The notes under the pieces are model-generated. The model ran no database searches and was not told where the DNA came from. It saw only the letters and a list, made by a program, of their open reading frames with translations. A stretch of 64,000 nt of DNA from a virus. The position numbers and the translations under genes were made by a program. The stretch covers positions 120,467 through 184,466 of IMG/VR virus record IMGVR_UViG_3300021181_000006; one strand, written 5' to 3'. This document shows, piece by piece, positions 56,099 to 64,000 of this stretch; position 1 is the stretch's first letter, and every line of letters starts with the position of its first letter.

Positions 56099-56108
56099 TA
56101 ATTATTAT

Positions 56109-56140
56109 GAGACCGGATAATCATCCGGTCTCTTTTTTTA
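56109..56140. terminator. terminator between convergent genes
   Basis: GAGACCGGAT-AATC-ATCCGGTCTC-TTTTTTT. Confidence 0.75.
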
Positions 56141-57292
56141 ACTATCTGATTTTTTATCTATAATCTTTTTATAGACTCTACCCATCAAAGGTATAAATCC
56201 AGGTAATGCACGTGCTAACACGTATGGAACCTGCAGTCCCATTTTACCTTTCAATGAATTTTTATGAGCATTATAAGCACGTGATAAAGACTGCATATCC
56301 TCAATACTACGTGGTATATACGTAGCTGCTTGAGCCAACGCGGTAGTATCTGCTATTCTATTGCTGCCATCAGCTAGAAACGAATAACTACTATTGAGTG
56401 CGCCTAACATCTTCACTGGTGTACTATCCAAATATTTACTGAATACAGGAGCTGACTTGCCTTGACGCAATGCGCCGCGTGATACTTCACGAGCTATAGA
56501 AGTAGGAGAAGTATCTCCTGGATCGATAGATATGGCACCTAATCTCGATCCTACTATATGCTGCTCTGGAGTTACTTGGCCTGGTAAAACTTTTTTAATA
56601 AAATCTTCTGGACCAATATACGAAGTACCTGATCGTGATTTATCACTCAGAATCATAGGCATACCATCTAGTCCTGCTTTACGAGACGCAGCGGCATGAA
56701 TAGGAGGTATTTTACTTACATGAGTTGGAGTTGCTAAATAAGAGAAAACAGTCAGTGGTGCAATAATACCAGTAGCTATTTCTCCAATGGCTTCATCGGT
56801 AGCATCCTGATCTCTCTTTTTACGAATCATTTCTTTATTATATTCGTTTACTTCAGCATTCTTATCGAGATTATCTAATGCAGCTGCTTCATTAGCAGCA
56901 TAATTACCGATTAAACTTCCATTCACAAGACCAGTCCACTTTCTTGTGGCATCTATATACTCTGGAACTTTTGGCTTATGATTTTCTTGAATGACTGCAT
57001 CAAAGGCAGGTTGATCCTGATGACGTAGACGTTCATCTCTACGAATACGCATCTCATTAATAACGGTATTAATAGCTGCGCCCTTTAATGCATTACTCAT
57101 CATCATGCTTTTCAAAGCATCAACATTACGATTTCTCATAAGCGCATACGCAGCGAATGAACTTGTTAAGCCACCAGCAGCACCAATAAGTGCTGATAAG
57201 GCATAGCCTTTAGATACCTTCAGATTACCCTGAGGTGTATCTATGGAGTGATTCAGCAGCCCACGATTAATATCAGGCTGGGGATTCGGCAT
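56138..57292 (-). CDS. virion protein with glycine zippers and a degenerate zincin-like domain
   Basis: LIGAAGG; LDKNAE; ISIDPGDTSPTSIAREVSRG where HExxH is expected. Confidence 0.6.
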   Translation of the reverse strand: MPNPQPDINRGLLNHSIDTPQGNLKVSKGYALSALIGAAGGLTSSFAAYALMRNRNVDALKSMMMSNALKGAAINTVINEMRIRRDERLRHQDQPAFDAVIQENHKPKVPEYIDATRKWTGLVNGSLIGNYAANEAAALDNLDKNAEVNEYNKEMIRKKRDQDATDEAIGEIATGIIAPLTVFSYLATPTHVSKIPPIHAAASRKAGLDGMPMILSDKSRSGTSYIGPEDFIKKVLPGQVTPEQHIVGSRLGAISIDPGDTSPTSIAREVSRGALRQGKSAPVFSKYLDSTPVKMLGALNSSYSFLADGSNRIADTTALAQAATYIPRSIEDMQSLSRAYNAHKNSLKGKMGLQVPYVLARALPGFIPLMGRVYKKIIDKKSDS

Positions 57293-57752
57293 CTAAAGCT
57301 CGCTTGGTAGCTTTGACAGCATGATTCCGATAGTGCTCAACCGCTGCTTGCAGTTTCTCAGCATTATCGCCATGCGCCTGAGCTGTCTGCTCTGCAATCA
57401 TCAGCTTCTCTTTGAGCTTTTTAATGGTATTCTTCAGTTTATCGACATTCGAGATAAGACCAAAATTATCGTTCTCTAAGAGAGCTTTCTCATGATCTAC
57501 AGGAGTAGGCTTGGGAGCCTGTACACCTTTACCATGAAATTGAGTATTAAGCTCTGCGGTTTTATCTGCTGCGAAGTCCATGACTTTAGGATTATAGCCT
57601 TTGTCATAGACCGTGTCCATATCCCAAAGATTAATACGACGGTCACGGTTAGCCCGTGGCTTAAACTCAGTCTCTTTTGTCAGAGAAACAGACATGCCCT
57701 GCGGCACAACCTGCATGTAGTTGACTGCAGCTAATTTACTTACGGAGGGCAT
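57273..57752 (-). CDS. KxA-leader coiled-coil protein
   Basis: MPSVSKLAA; C-terminal coiled coil; overlaps the RNAP stop. Confidence 0.65.
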   Translation of the reverse strand: MPSVSKLAAVNYMQVVPQGMSVSLTKETEFKPRANRDRRINLWDMDTVYDKGYNPKVMDFAADKTAELNTQFHGKGVQAPKPTPVDHEKALLENDNFGLISNVDKLKNTIKKLKEKLMIAEQTAQAHGDNAEKLQAAVEHYRNHAVKATKRALDAESPA

Positions 57753-60700
57753 CGATCATATCCTGCACATGTGATATTTTCTTCATATAAGAAGGCATAT
57801 CAACCCTCTTCATAGTTTTATCAGGCATGGTTGTAGTGGCATTACCAAACTCAGCTCCATAAGCATACCCAGGGATAGGATGAGTTCCATGGAGTTCTGA
57901 CTTCCATGATTGAGCAGCACCCTGAGTAATGGACTTCTGTAAGTGTTGGAAATTCATACGGGCTAAGAAATCGTTACTCATCTCTGGCGACAGCTTTAAT
58001 CCTTTTACAATTTCTTCGTATTGGATTGGTTTCGCCAATTCTTTATTACGGAAATCTAACTCATTGATTGGCATATAATCGCCAATAACAACATTTTTAT
58101 CAGATCCAGTATCAGTGATCTGACCGTACCGTACAATCTGACCAACAGCAGTCTCTACCAGAGGTCTACGTACAATACGGCCAGAAGCCGCATAGCTATC
58201 TACTATAGAATCAACGATATACTTCTTAGCTTCTAATGTATTCTTAAGCGCTGCTAATTCTTGAGGTTTAATATTGCCTTCAGTAAGACGATCACCCTTT
58301 AAGACTTTATCGCCTTCTTTTACAATGGGTTGCATGAGTCCGTAATGCAGTTCTCCACCCACTGATACATAATGTCCACCCTGAGGGGCTGCATTCACCT
58401 TAGTAACAGTTCCATTTACTTCAGATAAAATAGCTTTATCTTGAACGATCTTCGGCATTTCTAAGAGTTGTACCGCCTGATCAAATCCACCAATACTCTT
58501 AGCGCCAACGGATCCACCAGTATGGAATTTCTTCATGGTCAGCTGTACGGATGGCTCTGAAAGAGATTGAGCCGCAATCACGCCAATATTATCACCGATA
58601 CGAGGCAGTTTACCATCTTCACGAAGACCAAAACACATAGCACATGGAGCATTACGAGCTTTGCAGGTGAGTGGTGAACGCACTTTAAGAAAATGAATGC
58701 CTTCTGCTTTCATTCTCTTAACTAAATCTGACTTCACCAGGGTATTCGCTGCAACGCCTGGATTGCCCTTCGCGGTATAGCGATCAATGGCATGAACCAT
58801 CTCGCCATCCAGATTGACATTAATGCCTTCTGTCGTACCGCAGTCGATTTCCGTAATCTTGCCATATAATCCGCTATTAATCATTTGCTTAGAGAATGCG
58901 CCAGAATCTTCAGTAGCTAAAGCACGATCCATCATACCTTTACGCACACCAGCCATAGTGGTCCAGTATTCGCTAGCAGTTAAGCCTTCAGCATATCCAT
59001 GCTTAATCAAGATAGGAACTGGCTGCTCATTATGATCGTTCACGAACATAGGTCCAACCATCATCTGTTCGATCTGGTTTGTTTTCCCAGACAGTGACGA
59101 TTTCATCATTTGATTCAATCCAGAGTCTTTATCAGTGAGATCCTTATGGACTTCCTTGATAATGGCACTTTCCTTCATCTTATTAGCGAATGACTGTACC
59201 CATGCTACTGGATTCTTCGCTACGGCCAACTCTTGCTCCAGTTTCTGGAATTCTTTACGTACCAGAGTAGGATTGGTCAGCTTCAGGTCAGACAGACCAA
59301 AGCTAACGCCTGAACTATACGATGCTGCATTACCTAAGTCTTTGAGTTTACTAACGATAGGACCATAATCCTTCTCGTGAGTCTTAGCAATTTTATCTAA
59401 AAGAATATTGATATTCTTCTTATCGAGAGTGATATCATCATTCCGTAATTCAGTAGGTAATGCATTATTTACAAGAATACGCCCAACCGTATTCACCTTT
59501 TTACCAATAGCGACTACATCACGTACCGATACTTTATGACCTTTATAGGCATTCTCTAACTCATTAACTGAATTATAGAAGGCTACAGGAGCTGCCTTAA
59601 TAGGAGGCAGCGTCATCACATAGAGGCCATTCAACATTTCCATCGCTGGACGATGTTCTAAGGTCAGAGTCTGAGGATTATAGAGATTGCGACTTGGCAA
59701 CATACCAAATGACTCTTTACGAGCATCTTCTGATACTGGTACGTGTACTGACATCGTATCGCCATCAAAGTCAGCGTTAAATCCACCAATAACCAGAGGA
59801 TTCAGTCGGATAGACTTACCTGTAGTCATTTTAGGAATAAAGCTCATCACTGAGAACTTATGAAGCGAAGGCGCTCTGTTGATAAAAACAGGACGCTCTT
59901 TCATCTCGTTCTCAAGAGTACGCTTCGCAATATCCTTATGCTCTTCTACAGCATTACGAGCATCAATAGGATTGTAACCCAGACGTACTAAAGCACGGAT
60001 GACATGAGGACGATAGACTGTCCATGCCATCTCATCTGGAATACCAACCTCATCTAAACTGAGTTCTGGCTCTGGAATAATGGTTGAACGGCCAGAAAAA
60101 TCCTGACGTTTACTTAATACCTTGGACTGGAAGAATCCTTCTTTCGGTGAAGATCCTGCAATCTGTGTAATAAAGCCCTTCGTGTCTCGCGTTCCCTTTT
60201 TCGTCAGAGACACACCGGTACCAATAAGTGCTTTCATAGCATTATAGGTATCGAGACGCAGATTCGCTTTTTCTGAATCAGGTAAATAACTAATCGACTT
60301 CAGCTGATTATTTACTGTAATCAGGTCTTTATACAATGTATTCGCATCAGAAATAATAAGATCGCCACTCTTCTGCTGGATAATAGGACGGAACTTCGGA
60401 GGAATAACTGGAATCTTACTGGTGAGATAATCTGAGAGCTTCATTGAATTATCGCGTAACGCTTTGATATATCTCATCTTACGATTGATTTTATCTAAAC
60501 TCTCTAACTTAGCTGTCTTTGCCTCGCTATTCAGATGGCTGTATTCAGTATCCAGATTAATACGATCCATCATACGCTTGATAGCTAACCCGCCTGAAAC
60601 AGATCCAGGTGTCTCTGTCGTCGATAGTTCACCAGAACGATTAACAAAGGCTTTATGTGAAAGAATATCATTAAATTCTTTCTTATCGATACCTAAGATG

Positions 60701-63700
60701 GTAATAATAGCATCTTCATACATGGGCATCGGCATCGGCTCGGCCAGCTGGATATGAGACCATTTATCCCCAGCTAATCCGCCAGTCAACTTCAAATCAA
60801 AAAGACCACCAGCTTCTGGCTCTAAATCCTTCGATTTTACAGCTTTAGCTTCAGTGACTTCACCATGTGACATCTTCGTGACATCAGCTTCTGTAACTGG
60901 AATCAAATGGATCGCATCATTACGACGCTCCATATTGACGCCTGATGCCGCTAACATGGCACGGAACTTATCAAATACGAATGGCACCTTCGGAGAAGGT
61001 AATGGCAGACCAGACTGATAGGCATTCCAGAAGTCATCCGACTTCTCAGATTTAAAGGTAGCCATTTCCTTCAGATTATGGTTTGCGCCATGGGCTAACA
61101 TCGAGTACAGCGTAAGCTGATCCATACTCTGACCACCTACACCACCACCAGATGATGGCTGCATATTCAGTGTATAACCATCTTGACCACGAGATGAGAA
61201 TTTTTTACGAACTGCATGATCCAGCTTCATGATATACTGCTGACCGGTCTGGATAGGATTATCCAACTTCTTGCCAGTAGTAGGATCAGTCACAAACTCT
61301 TTATCTTGGAGTTTATGTTGTTTTAACTCTCCAATTATTTTATCTAAGTAGTTAGTCGAACTGAAATTATCAGCGATATACGGATGGCCCGTCTTCTCAG
61401 CAATCTTTGATGCACCAAGTTCCAAGTTCTGAGACGGATTAATACGTCCAGGAACCGAATGTGGATTCAGATAGACATCAATTCTACGACCAGAATCAGT
61501 AACCAGTGCTTCATTATCTGGAATAATCTTCGAGATAATCCCCTTGTTTCCATGGCGTCCACTGAGTTTATCGCCCAGCTTCATGACTTCTTCAGTCTGA
61601 ACCTGGACCTCAACTGACTTAGGACCACGAACAATACGAACTACCTTACCACGGTCTTCTTCATTCCACTCAATGGAACGATTCTTCATCGGTCTTACAG
61701 CTGATTTTTTAAAAGCACTCAGGATGATATCGTCCTTCGTCAGCTCTTCTTTATGCAGATGAACAATAAGAGGATCACCGAGTTCAACGGTCTCACCTTG
61801 TTTAATGATGCCTTCTGAGTCTAATTTAGCGAGCTGAGCAGACGTATAAGCGGTAGGATAATTAGCGATGAATTTCTTCTTATCTAAGAAGCTATTCACA
61901 TCTAATTCCAGATTCTCTTTATACATATGCTCTGATGTCAGCTTCTTAGAAGCTGATTCAGTGATAACCACACCATCTTCAAGCCCATGACCCTTATAGG
62001 ATACATAGCCTACATTGAGATTCGTGCCTAAAGCTAACGTATCGCCTTTATTAAAGTTCAGTTCAGCGATAGTTTGGCCAGCTTTGACTTTATCGCCAAC
62101 CTTTACAAGAGCTTTATGATTAAGATACTGCTTAGAACGTAAAGGGAAGTTGTTATACAGATAATGAGGATCATTCCCGATATAAATCTCATCAGGTGTT
62201 ACCTTAGTTACCACGCCAGCGGATTTAGATGATACGTTCTGACCTTTGCCAATATAGTCTTCAAAGGTTGTGTTATTACCGAACATGCTCTGTACGAGAG
62301 GAGCCTCACGATACTTCAGAGGTAATGCCTGCTCCATCTGTTTACCAGCAAAGGCAGCACGATTACCGGAGTTCGATTGTAAGAATGGCGCTAAGTTCGA
62401 AGCGAAGTCAAACATCGCCTTATCTGATGGCAGAATGTATTCCACTGACTTCGCTGGTACTTTATGGAGTACACCACGATCACAGGCTGATACCATCGCA
62501 TGTTTTGGAGTTCCATCTGCATGAAACTCATCAGCAAAGCTAATAATAGCATTGGCTGATTGATCAACGCGCAACTTCTCAAACTTGCCAGTCTTCAAAT
62601 TCTTTAAGTGAGTAAAGAGATCATTACCCTCTTTTAAAGCACCAATAGCCATGTGCTGGGTAACGCCCACATCCTTTTCAGGGGTATGGACAGGATCAAT
62701 AAATCCCAGCTGTGATGGATGAGCCATACGAGCTTCATCAGTAATCGAATGATGGTTCTCAATGCCACCTTCTCCAGAGATCACGACTTTATTTGTCTCA
62801 CCGATCATATTGAGCGGATTAATCTGCTCTGTGGTAGACGATAAGCTACTCTGAGTAAAGAAGCTTTTGATAGGCTTTCCGATGAGTGATGCATTGATGA
62901 TAAGACGTACATTCTCACGTTTATCAACGTTATTACGAATCTTCATCTTAATCTCAGGAAGTTTCTTCATGAAACTATCGTAGACGAAGTCATCAACTGA
63001 TCTGATAATCTTAAACTCTAAAGAGTCACGTTCATCTTGCTGCGATGTACCTCTGTTAATATCGAGTAATCTCTTACTCGACATCAGTAATACTTGAGGT
63101 GATAACGCATCTTGACCCTGTAATGTTTTAGTGGTAACACGAGGATCCAGTTTCAGTTTAGAAAGCCAAAGACTAGCAGTAATAGCGTCTTTACCAGCTT
63201 TACCGAATGATGTCTTATCAAGCTTTGCTAACTCAGCTTCAGGAGATGATTTGCTGTTCTTCAGCGACATCTCATAGGTCTCTTTACCCCAGGCAGTTTG
63301 GATCTCCTGAGGTGTAACACCTAATCCGATGAGTAATGGCAGCAGCTTAATATTCAGAGTTCCCTTTTCCAACTTAAATACAGCTGTCTCAGGATCGAAT
63401 AAGATCTTTGCCTGGAAACCTTTTACGTTGATAAAGGACTCTAATTCACCGTTCTCTTTGACACGATGAAAAATACCAGGACGTAACAGGAGCTGATTTG
63501 CTACCTGATATTCGTTGCCATCAATGATATAGGATCCGCGAGGAGTGATTCGTGGTATATTTCCTAACTTCATCTTTGCGTTACTAATAACCTTTTTAGT
63601 AAGATTATCAGTTAAAGTGGCTGTACCAACGATAGGAGAACCAAAAGTTCCACCCTTGAGTTTGAGATCCATCTGCTCTTTGTAGTTCTCATTTGAGAGA

Positions 63701-63822
63701 TCTTCTACATGGAGATTAGATACTACTAAGGTATGAACCTTGCCTTCAATAGGAAAAATCTGACTAATAGCTTGAAGAGCTTTGCTCTTCATATTCTCAT
63801 ACTGCTGCTGGAAGTTCTGCAT
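57736..63822 (-). CDS. rpoBC: phage DNA-directed RNA polymerase, fused beta/beta-prime subunits
   Basis: beta: HPSQLGFIDPVHTPE, GDKLSGRHGNKG, NPHSVPGRIN, YIMKLDH; beta-prime: KRQDFSGRS, INRAPSLHK, catalytic NADFDGD, GVIAAQSLSEPSVQLTMKKFHTGG. Confidence 0.97.
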   Translation of the reverse strand: MQNFQQQYENMKSKALQAISQIFPIEGKVHTLVVSNLHVEDLSNENYKEQMDLKLKGGTFGSPIVGTATLTDNLTKKVISNAKMKLGNIPRITPRGSYIIDGNEYQVANQLLLRPGIFHRVKENGELESFINVKGFQAKILFDPETAVFKLEKGTLNIKLLPLLIGLGVTPQEIQTAWGKETYEMSLKNSKSSPEAELAKLDKTSFGKAGKDAITASLWLSKLKLDPRVTTKTLQGQDALSPQVLLMSSKRLLDINRGTSQQDERDSLEFKIIRSVDDFVYDSFMKKLPEIKMKIRNNVDKRENVRLIINASLIGKPIKSFFTQSSLSSTTEQINPLNMIGETNKVVISGEGGIENHHSITDEARMAHPSQLGFIDPVHTPEKDVGVTQHMAIGALKEGNDLFTHLKNLKTGKFEKLRVDQSANAIISFADEFHADGTPKHAMVSACDRGVLHKVPAKSVEYILPSDKAMFDFASNLAPFLQSNSGNRAAFAGKQMEQALPLKYREAPLVQSMFGNNTTFEDYIGKGQNVSSKSAGVVTKVTPDEIYIGNDPHYLYNNFPLRSKQYLNHKALVKVGDKVKAGQTIAELNFNKGDTLALGTNLNVGYVSYKGHGLEDGVVITESASKKLTSEHMYKENLELDVNSFLDKKKFIANYPTAYTSAQLAKLDSEGIIKQGETVELGDPLIVHLHKEELTKDDIILSAFKKSAVRPMKNRSIEWNEEDRGKVVRIVRGPKSVEVQVQTEEVMKLGDKLSGRHGNKGIISKIIPDNEALVTDSGRRIDVYLNPHSVPGRINPSQNLELGASKIAEKTGHPYIADNFSSTNYLDKIIGELKQHKLQDKEFVTDPTTGKKLDNPIQTGQQYIMKLDHAVRKKFSSRGQDGYTLNMQPSSGGGVGGQSMDQLTLYSMLAHGANHNLKEMATFKSEKSDDFWNAYQSGLPLPSPKVPFVFDKFRAMLAASGVNMERRNDAIHLIPVTEADVTKMSHGEVTEAKAVKSKDLEPEAGGLFDLKLTGGLAGDKWSHIQLAEPMPMPMYEDAIITILGIDKKEFNDILSHKAFVNRSGELSTTETPGSVSGGLAIKRMMDRINLDTEYSHLNSEAKTAKLESLDKINRKMRYIKALRDNSMKLSDYLTSKIPVIPPKFRPIIQQKSGDLIISDANTLYKDLITVNNQLKSISYLPDSEKANLRLDTYNAMKALIGTGVSLTKKGTRDTKGFITQIAGSSPKEGFFQSKVLSKRQDFSGRSTIIPEPELSLDEVGIPDEMAWTVYRPHVIRALVRLGYNPIDARNAVEEHKDIAKRTLENEMKERPVFINRAPSLHKFSVMSFIPKMTTGKSIRLNPLVIGGFNADFDGDTMSVHVPVSEDARKESFGMLPSRNLYNPQTLTLEHRPAMEMLNGLYVMTLPPIKAAPVAFYNSVNELENAYKGHKVSVRDVVAIGKKVNTVGRILVNNALPTELRNDDITLDKKNINILLDKIAKTHEKDYGPIVSKLKDLGNAASYSSGVSFGLSDLKLTNPTLVRKEFQKLEQELAVAKNPVAWVQSFANKMKESAIIKEVHKDLTDKDSGLNQMMKSSLSGKTNQIEQMMVGPMFVNDHNEQPVPILIKHGYAEGLTASEYWTTMAGVRKGMMDRALATEDSGAFSKQMINSGLYGKITEIDCGTTEGINVNLDGEMVHAIDRYTAKGNPGVAANTLVKSDLVKRMKAEGIHFLKVRSPLTCKARNAPCAMCFGLREDGKLPRIGDNIGVIAAQSLSEPSVQLTMKKFHTGGSVGAKSIGGFDQAVQLLEMPKIVQDKAILSEVNGTVTKVNAAPQGGHYVSVGGELHYGLMQPIVKEGDKVLKGDRLTEGNIKPQELAALKNTLEAKKYIVDSIVDSYAASGRIVRRPLVETAVGQIVRYGQITDTGSDKNVVIGDYMPINELDFRNKELAKPIQYEEIVKGLKLSPEMSNDFLARMNFQHLQKSITQGAAQSWKSELHGTHPIPGYAYGAEFGNATTTMPDKTMKRVDMPSYMKKISHVQDMIDALRK

Positions 63823-64000
63823 GGCTATAGGATAGCCCTGTTAGTACATGAAGCAAGATCTCAGTATCTGTTACTTTTATGATGAGGTGGTAATTTTCCA
63901 CCATGTCAACTTGGCCAAATAAAAAAAAAAAAATGATGCCCAAGGAATTCTAAAAAGGGTTGTGACCCTGAGTCATGGGCAAAGTGCCAGGAATTTTTTC

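Noticed and set aside
57736-63822. Intein in RNA polymerase or terminase
   Set aside because: No C/S-start ... HN-C/S/T splice motifs or LAGLIDADG blocks were seen, and conserved motifs are normally spaced

Overview
This window is part of a large dsDNA tailed-phage genome with a contractile tail. It carries a single-polypeptide beta/beta-prime RNA polymerase, as in the mReC lineage of Caudovirales described by Weinheimer and Aylward (2020). Plus strand 1-22.4 kb: small early/accessory genes, an unusual tRNA-Arg-like gene, a fibre cluster, transcription-factor mimics, thyA and DHFR. Minus strand 22.5-40.5 kb: tail tube, sheath, neck, major capsid, scaffold-like proteins and prohead protease. 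At 40.6-45.3 kb an inverted island of self-contained terminator-promoter-gene cassettes interrupts the late region. Minus strand 45.3-63.8 kb: terminase, homing endonucleases, small leader-bearing proteins, baseplate spike and RNA polymerase. The most striking signal is a K-x-A motif repeated through the head-region proteins. I infer it is a protease-processing or packaging code. It delimits cationic glycine-zipper peptides and brackets a toxin-like RNase domain. No portal, DNA polymerase, CRISPR array or rRNA is visible. Family assignments come from motifs recognised by eye; no database searches were run.
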